Shown here: positions 24,856 to 36,390 of the stretch, piece by piece
How the letters are laid out: the number at the start of each line of letters is the position of its first letter
How positions within the stretch are numbered: position 1 is the stretch's first letter
Source of the DNA: Podarcis melisellensis
Lineage: Eukaryota
DNA: 64,000 nucleotides
NCBI GenBank assembly: GCA_964234715.1
Contig: OZ174290.1
Reading direction: 5' to 3' (one strand)
Program-made: the position numbers and the translations under genes
The notes under the pieces: generated by a model
What the model saw: the letters and a program-made list of their open reading frames with translations, nothing else
Told to the model about the DNA's origin: nothing
The model's database searches: none

Positions 24856-25199
24856 GTAATAGTAATAATAGTAATAATAATAAATGGTGTTAGCCGCCCT
24901 GAGCCCGGTCTTGGCTGCGGAGGGCGGGGTTTAAATAAAATTTATTATTATTATTAGCCAAGGGGGGAAGCGGGTGCAATTATCTTCCCGATCAAGTAAA
25001 TCAATAAAATACTTAAAATATTTAACTTAACTTAAAATACTTAAGATTCTACCCCGTCCCCCAATTAAAGCATAAATCCTGGCTACTCCCACGGCGGCCC
25101 CTGAGATGAACAAGGCTCCCCACTCCTGATTTTAAACTGCTTAAAATCATGCTTGTCCCTTGCATCAGAAACAAACCTCAAATAATTGCACATTTATGA
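24252..25199. repeat. Long inverted repeat (~245-bp arms plus microsatellite) between the TNFAIP1 and IFT20 promoters
   Basis: 24252-24410 + 24732-24820 is the reverse complement of ~24945-25199; 5 mismatches in the outer 119 bp. Confidence 0.92.
24411..24719 (+). mobile_element. BovB-derived insertion with inverted 5' segment
   Basis: 12-bp TSD AGAATCTTAAGT (24399-24410 / 24720-24731). 24411-~24560 is antisense BovB 5' region; ~24556-24719 is the sense BovB 3' end. Confidence 0.85.
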
Positions 25200-25259
25200 G
25201 AGCGCCGCGTGTATAAAGTATAAAACAATTGATTAAAATACAATGGTTCCCTGTTTCTC

Positions 25260-25523
25260 TGTAGACGCCTCTGGCGCCATCCCTCGCGCTCCCCCTCCTT
25301 GCTTTTGGATGCTTCCTAGAGAAACTACACTTCCCGTGATGCCTTCTCTCCCCTCCACCCCCCCGCCTCGCTAAGTGGTACGTTCCTTGTGGGCGGGGCG
25401 GCAGGAGGAGGAGGAGGAGCCAGTGGCGGCTGCTGCTGCTGTCGCCGTGGCAGCGGAAGGCCGCGCTGGAGGAGGGAGGGAGGGGCAGCCGGGAGCCACC
25501 TGGCGCGTCCGCAGGGGCTGCAG
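25260..25523 (+). promoter_or_regulatory. IFT20 CpG-island promoter and non-coding exon 1
   Basis: SBS-like ACTACACTTCCCGTGATGCC at 25324-25343, GC box GGGCGGGGCGG at ~25391, X-box-like GTCGCCGTGGCAGC at 25441-25454, donor CAG|GTGAGC after 25523. Confidence 0.72.
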
Positions 25524-25835
25524 GTGAGCCGGGCGGCGGGGACCCCATAGGGTTGGCATTGGGAGGCGGGGCGAGGAGGGTGGCAGGCAGGCAGGTAGCC
25601 CATGCCTCTGAGTGCCAGTTGCTGGGGGACAGCAGGCAGCCCGTCCGCCAGCGCTGCTTACCTGCCTTTGTGCCCATCCTCGTGGGCTTCCCTGGGGCAC
25701 CTGCCTTCCTTGGCCAGCAGGCGATGGGGCCTCGAGTGGCGCTTGGGGTGGAATATGATGCTCGCCTATAGCAGCTGCAGTAGGTAGAGGACGAGCCTCC
25801 CTGTTCAGGGGCAGTCTATCTCACGGGACCAGCTG

Positions 25836-26361
25836 GTTATCTCCCGCTTGGACTACTGCAATGCGCTCTATGTGGGGCTACCTTGGAAGGTGAACCGGAA
25901 ACTACAACTAATCCAGAACGCGGCAGCTAGACTGGTGACTGGGGGCGGCCGCCGAGACCACATAACACAGGTCTTGAAAGACCTACATTGGTTCCCAGTA
26001 CATTTCCGAGCACAATTCAAAGTGTGGGTGCTGACCTTTCAAGCCCTAAACGGCCTCGGTTCAGTGTATCTGAAGGAGCGTCTCCACCCCCATCGTTCTA
26101 CCCAGACACTGAGGTCCAGCGCCGAGGGCCTTCTGGCGGTTCCCTCACTGCAAGAAGCCAAGTCACAGGGAACCAGGCAGAGGGCCTTCTTGGTGGTGAC
26201 GCCCTCCCATCAGATGTCAAAGAGAACAACAACTACCAGACTTTTAGAAGCTTTTAATGTTTGATGTATTACAGTATTTTAATATTTTTCTGGAAGCTGC
26301 CCAGAGTGGCTGGGGAAGCCCAGCCAGATGGGCGGGTTATAAATAATAAATAATTATTATT
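25836..26361 (+). mobile_element. L2-clade LINE 3' fragment
   Basis: LDYCNALYVGLP...LQLIQNAAARLVTG..RRDHITQVLKDLHWFPV.FRAQFKV, the L2 ORF2 C-terminus; (AAT)n tail. Confidence 0.88.
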
Positions 26362-27496
26362 AGGGGGTGGCTTTTTTGTGTGTGGGCTTCCGATTGCTGA
26401 AGGGTTGGCCGCTGTGGTGAAACAGGATGCCGGGCTAGGTGGTCTGGGGAAGCTGGCTTTGTAGGAAGGGTTAGGTTGGGTCGCAGCCACAGGTGGGAAT
26501 AATGGAGCATCCATGTTCAGGGGGAATGGACCATCAGGTAGAGCCGTGAATCGGCTGTTTGGCAGGGCTGCCCAAGCCCCAGTGTGATGTATCATCAGTA
26601 GAAACACAGAGCTGAGCTGTAAAAGGAAGGTTTCATCAGCTGGCAATTTGTCTGTGTGTTTTTAAAGAGTTGTCTTGATTTTATTTGACCTCTTATGATT
26701 TGTTTCGTATTGTAACCTTGAGATGTGGTCCAAGAATACTTTAATAAAGTAAAGACACTCCCTCCCATCCTTCTAAACACATAAAAGTTTTGACGCTCCT
26801 TGCCACAAGGCCGGCTTCTATTTATTTATGTTATTTATTTCCCATAAATATGCATAATTACATAGTCAAAGAGGGGCCCGGTGGTGTGTCCCTTTGGAGG
26901 GAGTTCCACAGGTGCCACCAAAAATAGGTTCCTTCCTTCCCTGCTAGGCAACAACATCTACAGAGCTAAAGGTTCCCCATATTTGATTTATCTGAAGGGC
27001 AGAAGAATGGTAGGCCTTCGTTACAATTGTTAAATTGAGTTTAAAACCACATCCTGACTGGTGAAGTGGGTCTCGGCCCTGGAAAAATGTGGCAAAAATA
27101 TTCTCAGAGTGGCTGAAAAATAAATCTCTCTGGGAAGCGTAGCTCTGTGAGAGGAATGGGCATCACCAAACAACTCTCAAACAACTCCTTACCAAACTAC
27201 AGTTCCCATGATCCTTTGGAGGAAGGCACAACTTTTTAAAGTGGGGTGATACTGTTTTAACTGAATAGTACAGTTGAGGCCTTACTCAGGGCTTTATATG
27301 CCAATAGCACGGCCTTATCCTTCACCTGATAGCGTACTGGCAGTTCTTTCAGTAGAGTTGTTATGTGCTGTCAATAAGGCACCCCCTTCAGCAGTCTTGC
27401 TGATCTATTCTGCATTGGCTGCGGCTTCTGAACCATCCTTAAGGGAAGCTCCACACAGAGTACATAAGGATACATTGAAATAGGGAAATGGGCGAC

Positions 27497-27569
27497 AAGC
27501 CTATTGGGAACCCAAGCATCAAAGTCTATTGGGAACCAAGCATCAAACCTATTAGGAACCCAAGCATCA
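27497..27569. repeat. Minisatellite, 3 x ~24-25 bp
   Basis: AAGCCTATTGGGAACCCAAGCATCA repeated three times with minor variants. Confidence 0.85.
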
Positions 27570-27675
27570 CAATATCGAGGGATGCAATCTCTCTCTTTTT
27601 CCCTTCTCTCCTTTTTTTTAAAAAAAGGTTTCTTGTGTTTGGTTATTTTGCACAGAAGTCTAAAAAGGATCCATC

Positions 27676-27802
27676 ATGGCCAAAGATATCCTAGGCGAAG
27701 CAGGCTTTCACTTTGACGAACTGAACAAACTGAGGGTTTTGGACCCGGAGGTGTCCCAGCAAACGACTGAGCTGAAAGAAGAATGTAAAGTATTTGTAGA
27801 CA
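27676..27802 (+). CDS. IFT20: IFT20 first coding exon
   Basis: [42 protein letters not shown](K), 127 nt, donor GTAAG. Absent from the ORF track; read manually. Confidence 0.96.
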
Positions 27803-28058
27803 GTAAGTTCCCTCTTTGCTGAGCACAGGCCTGCATCTCTCACTCTTTTGTGCAACGTTAATGTTTGGTCAAAGGGCTGGTTCACACACATTGCTTGACT
27901 GTTCACTGCTTGGAATGGTTTACTGCTGAATTCTGATTCAGAAATCAAGAACAGTGATTAGCAATGACAGCATCTTCCTAACTTGCCTATGTTTGTTTAA
28001 TAACCATGGTGGGAGAGAGAGAACCTTGGTCTTGATTGTTTCTGTTCCTCCTTTCCAG

Positions 28059-28144
28059 AAATTGCAGAATTTAAGAAAATAGTGGGCAGCCTCATCGAAC
28101 TTGTAGATCAGCTAGCAAAAGCAACTGAAAATGAGAAGATTAAG
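28059..28144 (+). CDS. IFT20: IFT20 coding exon 2
   Basis: 86 nt, CAG/GTAATC; (K)IAEFKKIVGSLIELVDQLAKATENEKIK. Confidence 0.95.
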
Positions 28145-28467
28145 GTAATCTGACGGGGCAAAGTGATGTCAGAATAAGTAGGCTAGCCCTTTGTTGCATG
28201 CGCCTTTTCTCCGGTAATTTTTTTGTCCCCCAACAGACATGCAGCATCGTGTGACTACTGTTAAAACTGAACAGTAGTTCGGTTTCCCGGTTGGGAATTA
28301 TCCAAGGCCCTTTTGAAGCACAGATTCATAACTGAAGAGGAGGCCTTCCCTCCTGAGAGAGCGAGAAGAAGATACCTCTCTTGAGATGATGCCTTTTGCA
28401 AGACATGCATTGTTTAAAAATTATTATTATTCAGAGCATTTATTTTCTCCTATGCACATTTCATTGA

Positions 28468-28818
28468 GTGACGCGGGTGGCGCTGTGGGTTAAACCACAG
28501 AGCCTAGGACTTCCCGATCAGAAGGTCAGTGGTTCAAATCCCCGCGATGGGGTGAACTCCTGTTGCTCGGTCCCTGCTCCTGCCAACCTAGCAGTTTGAA
28601 AGCACGTCAAAGTGCAAGTAGATAAATAGGTACCGCTCCAGCAGGAAGGTAAACAGCATTTCCATGCGCTGCTCTGTTTTGCCAGAAGCGGCTTAGTCAT
28701 GCTGGCCACATGACCCGGAAGCTGTACGCCGGCTCCCTCGGCCAATAAAGCGAGATGAGCACCGCAACCCCAGAGTCGGCCATGACTGGACCTAACGGTC
28801 AGGGGTCCCTTTACCTTT
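28468..28818 (+). mobile_element. Sauria SINE
   Basis: Full-length copy, imperfect TSD ACATTTCATTGA/ACATTTGACTGA. Confidence 0.9.
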
Positions 28819-29326
28819 ACATTTGACTGATGAAGTGAGGAATGTACAATTGCGTCAATACAATTTTGGGTGATGGCCCTGCTATTGTCAGATCACAGAA
28901 TCATAGAATTGTAGAGTTGGCAGGGAGCACGAAGGTCCTCTAGCCCAAGCTGCTGCAATGCAGGAATCTTTTGCCCACCATGGGGCTCAAACCCACAACC
29001 CTGAGATTAAGAGCCTCTTGCTGTGCTGGCTGAGAGACTTACAAGTCCGTGGCTGGCAAGCATCTTCTAAAAGGGTGCTTGGTTGTGATCGCAGGAAGGC
29101 GTCATCCAAGTGGGGTATGTGTGTAAAAATACTTTTAAAAAGTTTTCTCCATCTGCAATATATGTGCAGATTAAAAGCAGCCACTTCTTTAATCCATGGA
29201 AGCTCCATTCATTGTAGGTAAGATTTGTTTCATTGCATCACTAAGAATCAGTCCCCCCTCCACCCCCAAATGGAGGGCTGCTAAGGTGCTCCGGGATCGC
29301 CCAGAATAAAATCCCTCTTTCCGCAG

Positions 29327-29430
29327 GCAATTGGCGCCCGCAACTTGCTGAAGTCCATAGCGAAGCAAAGAGAAGCCCAGCAGCAGCAGCTTCAGGCGCT
29401 GATAGCCGAGAAGACAACACAGCTGGAAAG
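29327..29430 (+). CDS. IFT20: IFT20 coding exon 3
   Basis: 104 nt, CAG/GT; [34 protein letters not shown](R). Confidence 0.96.
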
Positions 29431-29629
29431 GTGCGAAAAGAAAAGGGATACAGGAAAGCTTTCCCCCATCTCTCATAACACCAGAAGCCATGGACCGCCA
29501 AAGAAACTGAATGTCGAAAGAATCAGGAGAGACAAAATACTATTTCACACAGCGCAGAGTTAAACTATCGCACATCCTCCCATAAGAGGCAGTGGTGTCC
29601 ACCAATTTGGAGGATGATGATGATGACGA

Positions 29630-29985
29630 TAACAATAACAATAACGATATTTTATTATTTATACCCCGCCCATCTCGCTGGGTCTCCCCAGCCACCCTGG
29701 GCGGCTTCCAACAAAGTATTAAAATACAGTGGTCTGTTAAACGTTAAAAGCTTCCCTAAACAGGGCTGCCTTCAGATATCTTCTAAGAGTCTGATAGTTG
29801 TTCTTCTCTTTGATATCTGGTGGGAAGGCATTCCACAGGGTGGGAGCCACTACCGAGAAGGCCCTCTGCCTGGTTCCCTGTAACTTGGCTTCTCGCAGTG
29901 AGGGGACCACCAGAAGGCCCTCAGAGCTGGACCTCAGTGTCTGGGCAGAACGATGGGGGTGGAGACGCTCCTTCAGGTATACTGG
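29630..29985 (-). mobile_element. L2-clade 3' fragment
   Basis: Reverse complement of the L2 family at 25836 and 37764. Confidence 0.85.
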
Positions 29986-30222
29986 ATGGCTTTATAAGAG
30001 GTTTCATGGACCACAAGGCTCTCAATGGCTACTAGCCATGATGGCTTTGTTCTGCCTCCATTGTCAGAGGCAGTACACTCTGAATACCAAATTCAGGAAG
30101 CAGCAGGAGACGAGAGCTCTCTCGTCATGGGTCCTGCTTATGGGTTCCCCAACAGGCATCTGGTTGGCCACTGTGGGAACAGGATGTTGGACTAGATGGG
30201 CCATTGGCCTGATCCAGCAGCC

Positions 30223-30223
<1 letters not shown>

Positions 30224-30264
<41 letters not shown>

Positions 30265-30532
30265 GTTTATTTATACCCCGCCATCTGTCATCTGGGCGGC
30301 TTCCAACAAAATATTAAAATACAATAGTGCATCAAACATTAAAAGCTTTCCTAAACAGGGCTGCCTTCAGGTGCCTTCTAAAAGTCTGATAGTTGTTGTT
30401 CTCTTTGACACCTGGTGGGAGGGCGTTCCACAGGGCGGGTGCCACTACCGAGAAGGCCCTCTGCCTGGTTCCCTGTAACTTGGCTTCTCGCAGTGAGGGA
30501 ACCGCCAGAAGGCCCTCAGAGCTGGACCTCAG
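30224..30532 (-). mobile_element. L2-clade 3' fragment with (AAT)n tail
   Basis: Reverse complement of the L2 family at 25836 and 37764. Confidence 0.85.
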
Positions 30533-31921
30533 CCAGTCATAGAATCATAGAGTTGGATGGGACCCTGTGGATTACCGAGTCCAGCCCCCCTGCAATGCAG
30601 GAATATGTAACTGCCCCATTAAGGGATTCAACCTTGGGCCAACTGAGCTGTCGTGTCTCTTTGAATATTTTTACTTTGTGGGCAGCAAAAATGAGAGGAT
30701 CTTGTGGGGCACCATTGAGGCTAAGATGCGCCCTGTAGGAGTCTTGCCACTACCTGCACAATAAATAAGCACAAATCGATACAAATAGTATTTATATCAT
30801 ATAGAGAAAAGTTCAAGAGCTTGACAGTTGCAGAAACGCATACAGAATCCCTCAAAACAAGAAATACTGCCAACCACCTGCTGCAGATCACTGGTTGTTT
30901 TTTTTTAAAAGTCCCTTTTTCAAGTTCGTGCAACTGATTGACAGCTTCTAATTCCCGAGGGGTGTTTTTTTTGGGGGGGGGGGTCAATCAGGGAGTTCCA
31001 AAGGTGCTGCTACACTAAAAGATCGATTTCTTGCACTGCCGTAACGAGTGTTATTTGGCACCTGTAGCCATGCCAGTTCTGCAGATCGGAATGGTCAAGT
31101 GGGCATACAGGGGATGAAGTAATCTAGCCCCACATTCATGCAGTTGGCTGGTGGTTTCTAATTCTGGCTGAAATCTGAGAAAAGCCAAACTTGGGAAGGG
31201 AGCTTTTAACCTGTGATCTGCAGCAGGTGGCCAATAGTATTCCTTATCTGGGGAATGCCTTTGCATGTGCTTGTAAAACTCCAGTGCCAGCCTCTTGTGT
31301 TCATATAATAAGAGATACTGTTTGTATGTATGTGAGTCTTGCTTATTACACACTTTCGAATCTGAAAGCCCTTCATGGCAAAAGCAGAGAGCCCAGGTGC
31401 CTAATCTGCAGCCTTCCAGGCATTGCTGAACTACAACTCCCATCATTCCAATGGCCAGGGATGGGAGGGAGGTTGCAGTTCAGCAACATCCCTCCTCACC
31501 TGCCCTTGTTCATCAGGAGCTTGGCATAAAGAGCAAGGTTTTACCTTGTGCCAAGGAAGAGGTTGGTTGAAGATGCCAAGTGGACCTCATTGGAGAGAGT
31601 GTTCCACAGATGTGGAGCCCCAACTGAAAAGGGATTTTCTCCTACAGTGCCATTCTTGAAACCTTCCCCAAAGAAGGGAAATAGATCTGGTCATTGAGCA
31701 CACTGATTCAGACTGACCGAAAGCTGCCAAGGCTGTTCTTGTTGCATACAGCAAAATCTGGAAGGTCAAAAGTTAACGAGTCCTGAATAGAGCCCACTTT
31801 TTCAGACATGCTAAGTGGGCAATTCCTGTCATTTCTTGACCCTCCAGCCATTTTGGCCAGCCGTGGCTGATTGGACTCGGAAGATGGCCGAGCTAACACA
31901 TTTGCTCTGCTTTTTCTCCAG

Positions 31922-32003
31922 GTACCGCATCGAATATCAAACGCTGTGTAAAATAGAAGCAGACCAGAACGAATTCATCGACCAATTCATTTTCCAGAAG
32001 TAG
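31922..32003 (+). CDS. IFT20: IFT20 last coding exon
   Basis: (R)[26 protein letters not shown]; the four exons sum to 399 nt = 132 aa + stop. Confidence 0.96.
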
Positions 32004-32396
32004 AGAGAGAGAGAATGAGAGAGAGAATTTATGACCAGCACCAAACACACTGGGAAATCTTGAACCATTCCTATAGTCTAATTGGGTTTTTTTAGGGGGG
32101 GAATGGGAGGGGGCAATTTTGACCTTTTTATTTTTTGAATTGACCAAGATCACCTCTCAAAAACAAAACAAAAAAAGTTTAGATCTTAAATACTCTTTTG
32201 GACTTACTTTAGGTCTGGCAATAAGATATTTCTAAAAGGGACAGCTACAGCTATTGTATTTTTGAAGATTTTTTTAAAATGGCCAGTCATTTATATAGTC
32301 ATCAGACTGTTCTGTGTTTTACACAACTTCCCATTGTTCTTTTTTTTCCGTTTTTATAAAAAAAAGCCCTGTAAAATACTTTCAAGGAAATCAGGA

Positions 32397-32402
32397 AATA
32401 AA
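32397..32402 (+). terminator. Likely IFT20 poly(A) signal
   Basis: AATAAA ~400 nt after the stop, followed by a U-rich downstream element. Confidence 0.55.
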
Positions 32403-33033
32403 TTATTGTTTTTAAAGACGCCTCATTTCCTTTTTATGTTGCCCTTAGTACATTTGGGTGTGAGCTGGAAACATGATTGGGAGAGCATGTAAAATTAGCC
32501 TGGCATGGAAAAAGTAGGCACCACACATGGTCCTTGTGACCCGACACTTGAATCCTGTGCAATCTGCCGCACGACTGTCCAGTTCTGGACACTGCACTCT
32601 GAGGAGGAGATTGACTAGATGATCAAGGGTCTGGAAACGGAGCCTTACGAGTTACAGCTGAGGGAGCTGGGTGTGTTTCGCCTGAAGGCTTGAAAAGTGT
32701 TATTTGAATATGGCCGCCATATCTACTGCTTCCGAAGGCAGAACCCCAACCAGTGGGTTCAAATGACAAGGAAGAAAGACCCCAATAAACATCAGAAGAA
32801 CTTTATGAGGGCAAGAGCTGTTTGACAGTGGAAAGGACTACCTCAGATGGTGGTGAACTCCGTTGAGGGCTCTTTAAGCAGAGGTTGACCATCCTCCAGG
32901 GATTCTGCAGCCGTGGTTCCTGCAAGGCATGGGGGGGTTGCCACTTGTGGCACCTTCCAAAACTACAGTTCTCTGATTCCATCCTTCCATAATATACTTA
33001 TGTTTTCCTCTTGTGGAACATCATTTTGCCAGT

Positions 33034-33385
33034 AAAGGTAAAGGGACCCCTGACCATTGGGTCCAGTCGTGACCGACTTGGGTTGCGGTGCTCATCTCGC
33101 TTTATTGGCCGAGGGAGCTGGCATACAGCTTCCAGGTCATGTGGCCAGCATGACTAAGCCGCTTCTGGCGAACCAGAGCAGCGCACGGAAACACCATTTA
33201 CCTTCCTGCCGGAGTGGTACCTATTTATCTACTTGCACTTTGATGTGCTTTCGAACTGCTAGGTTGGCAGGAGCAAGGACTGAGCAATGGGAGCTCACCC
33301 CGTTGCAGGGATTCAAACCTACGATCTTCTGATCGGCAAATCCTAGGCTCTGTGGTTTAACCCACAGCGCCACCCACGTCCTTAC
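33034..33385 (-). mobile_element. Sauria SINE
   Basis: Full-length reverse copy, 12-bp TSD CATTTTGCCAGT (33022-33033 / 33386-33397). Confidence 0.92.
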
Positions 33386-34414
33386 CATTTTGCCAGTGCA
33401 AGAAGTATAGTACCAAGTGACTTTGATACAACCCCTTGTCTACAACAGGGATGTCCAACCTGTAAATTGCAATCTACCAGTAGGTCCTTCGCTGATCCTG
33501 GTAGATCACGGGATCCTTATCATGTACAATAAGTTAAGGGGGGGGACTAAAAAACCCTACAATCCTCCCCCCAAAAGCTCAACAACTCTGGGCAATCCAC
33601 CCACTCCATGCACACTCCTCCTCCCTCCAATGACAGTGGGTAGATCACTGCCCGCTTTTTAATACTGGGAGTAGATCAGTGTCTCTTGGGAGTTGGAAAT
33701 GTCTGGTCTACAGTTATTGGTTTGCAGAGCAACAGTTCATTCCGACAAAGCTGCTCTCAATCCCTCGCCCTGGGGAAAGGAGAAGCACACGACCCCTTTA
33801 CTCTGGAATATCCTGGGATAAGAATGAACCAAGAGGGTAATAAATTAGCATCGGTGCTCTTCGACACAAACCCAGAGGCGAAACAACCTCTTTTACCAGA
33901 TCAGCAGGTTGTTTTGAGGGCAGGATGTTGGTTTGGAAATGGCCAAATTCCACTTCCTCCTCGGTAAATAACAAGGGGCTTCAGTTATGTCAGGAATGGA
34001 GAACCCAGCGGCCAAAGAATAATAGAACTGCCCAGTTGGAAGGGAGCGCAAGGGTCATCTAGTTAGTGCAAACCCCTGCAATGCAGGAATCATTCTGCCC
34101 AACGTGGGATTCGAACCCGTAACCTTGAGACTGAGTCACATGCTCTCCATCTGGCCCTGGGACTCTTCCCCAGAAAACATCCTTCACTGGCCCTGCTACA
34201 CACCCTCCTCGAATGTTGCTGCCTGACTGAACTATGTCCTTCACTCTGAAAAGGCTTCTTGCTTGTCTGGATGGATAGGGTTTTGGCATGTGGCCCTCAG
34301 AAGCTTGCCCAGAAGAAAATGTGGCCCTCGTTCCGCAAGTCCCCCTCCCTTTGAAGCTATACATCCATCCACCTCACGGACACCAACACAATAATAATAA
34401 TAATAAAAAAACAT

Positions 34415-34420
34415 TTTATT
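34415..34420 (-). terminator. Likely TMEM97 poly(A) signal
   Basis: AATAAA on the - strand ~70 nt after the stop, followed by U/GU-rich sequence. Confidence 0.55.
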
Positions 34421-34491
34421 GGCCCAGTTTGCAAGCTTCTGAATCCAAGGGCTGACTCCTTCCCCCTCTTTTAGGAAGAATCCTCGCCGGC

Positions 34492-34742
34492 TTATTTCTT
34501 TTTCCTTTTATCCACCTGGTTATACAGGGGGCTAAAGAGCATCGTGAGAAGAATGAGGCAGGGAATCAGGAAGTAGGGGCTGTAAATGGCGCAGAGAGTC
34601 AAGCGTTCGTGCAGCGTCTGGGGCGCAGGGTGCTTGGACCGCGAGAAATCGCTGAACAGGACGTGGCTGAAGATGGGGAGCAGCGTGGTCATGACGTGCG
34701 TCGCGTAAATGATGGCTGGGATTCGGATCCATTTGCAGCTGC
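34492..34742 (-). CDS. TMEM97: TMEM97 exon 3
   Basis: (G)SCKWIRIPAIIYATHVMTTLLPIFSHVLFSDFS...ERLTLCAIYSPYFLIPCLILLTMLFSPLYNQVDKRKKK*, ending in a C-terminal lysine-rich ER-retrieval motif. Confidence 0.95.
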
Positions 34743-35584
34743 CTGGATTTTTTTAAGAGCAGAGTTTAAATATTCTTCAAATCACATCGTACATGCACAC
34801 ACATGCATATCCTGCTCAACAACTCTCCCTATATTATATTATTATTATTATTAATTATTATTATTATACTGCCCTATGCCCATAGGTCTCAGGGCAGTTC
34901 ACAACACAAAGTTACAAAATAAAGTCACAAAATACATAATAAAAATAATTAAAACAATTTACAATACTAATACTATTAGTTTGCAATACTAATGTATGCA
35001 AACTAATAAAAAATGGGCACTGCCCAACAAGCCCCTAACCTACAAATACCCAAATAAACATATAACATTTAAAACAATTTAAGACAGCCCCGCCCTCCTT
35101 TGCATCTCACCCAAGCCCCCATCCCCTCACAGCTCCTTCCAGCAGTGCCCCCATAGCCTTACGGTTCTTCTGCGTCCCTCCACCCCTGCTTTATTCAAAC
35201 TTCTGCCGTTGTTTGAAACCACCAGTATAAACCCAGCCTTCTCTTCTGCTCCCTGCCTCTACCGCAGCTGCATGCAATCCAAAATTGCGATGCGGCGCAA
35301 CAAGTCCTCCCACGGGGGCTGCATGATGACAGCCTTCAATTATTATGTCTATATGAAGATTTATTTGGTGTTACTGCGATCTACTCCCACTAAAAAAACA
35401 ACTGGCAGTGGTCTACACATTCTATTGACCAAAGTTGTTGAGCTTTTTTGGGGAGGAAGACCCAAAGTTGTTGAGCTTTGGGGGGGGGGGGAATCAATCA
35501 AGGTCACACGGGGTTGACCAGGGATGCCCCGCAATCAACCAGTAGGTCACGATCTACCTGTTGGACATGCCTGTCATATATATA

Positions 35585-35821
35585 CAGTCATACCTCGGGT
35601 TACAGCTGCTTCAGGTTGCATTTTTTCAGGTTACGCACCCACCAAAACCCAGAAGTACCGGAACGGGTTACTTCTGGGTTTTGGCGGTCGCGGATGCGCA
35701 GAATCGCTAAATCGCGCTTTGCGCATGCGCAGAATCGCAACCCGGGCGTGCGCAGATGCACCACTGCGGGTTGCGAATGTGCATCCCACACAGATCATGT
35801 TCACAACCCGAGCATCCACTG
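35585..35821. mobile_element. Tigger/pogo-like MITE, CpG-rich
   Basis: CAGTCATACCTCGGGTT...AACCCGAGCATCCACTG with TA on both sides. Confidence 0.75.
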
Positions 35822-36245
35822 TATATAAAATTATCTGTTAAAATGCAGATCAAAACGCTATTTGGGTAACATGAGCAAAAGCTGCTGAGCTCTTGGCCAT
35901 AATGTTCATGAGAACCTTAGAAAGAGCCCTGTTGAGATCAGGCCCATCAAGTCACAGAAGCATAGAATCGTAGAGTAGGAAGGGACCCCTATGGTCATCT
36001 AGTCCAACCCCCTGCAATGCAGGAATCTCGACTACGGCATCTACGACAGATGGCCTTTCAAGCTCTGCTTAAAAACCTCCAGTGAAGGAGAATCTACAGC
36101 TTCCTGAGGGAGACCGTTCCCCTGTTCCCATGCCCCCTGCCAGAAACCTTGACGAGCCCACACAATACTCGGCTAGATGGACCAAGCTTCCTACATTCCT
36201 AATCACAAGTGCTCCCCCTGAACCCCACCCAATTGGCACACCAAC

Positions 36246-36390
36246 CTTTCCAGAAGGCATAGGCTGCAATAGGGAAGAAAGGCAACTGTAGGAAGGCTTC
36301 GCAGACAATGAAGGCCCTGAACCAGGCAGGGGGGTCCTGCATCATGGGGTCCTTAAATGAAACTGTGTACCATGTCGTCAATTCTTTCAG
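36246..36390 (-). CDS. TMEM97: TMEM97 exon 2
   Basis: 145 nt; LKELTTWYTVSFKDPMMQDPPAWFRAFIVCEAFLQLPFFPIAAYAFWK(G); AAG acceptor, GT donor. Confidence 0.94.

Noticed and set aside
27497-27569. CRISPR-like array
   Set aside because: Head-to-tail repeats with no unique spacers, in a vertebrate intron.
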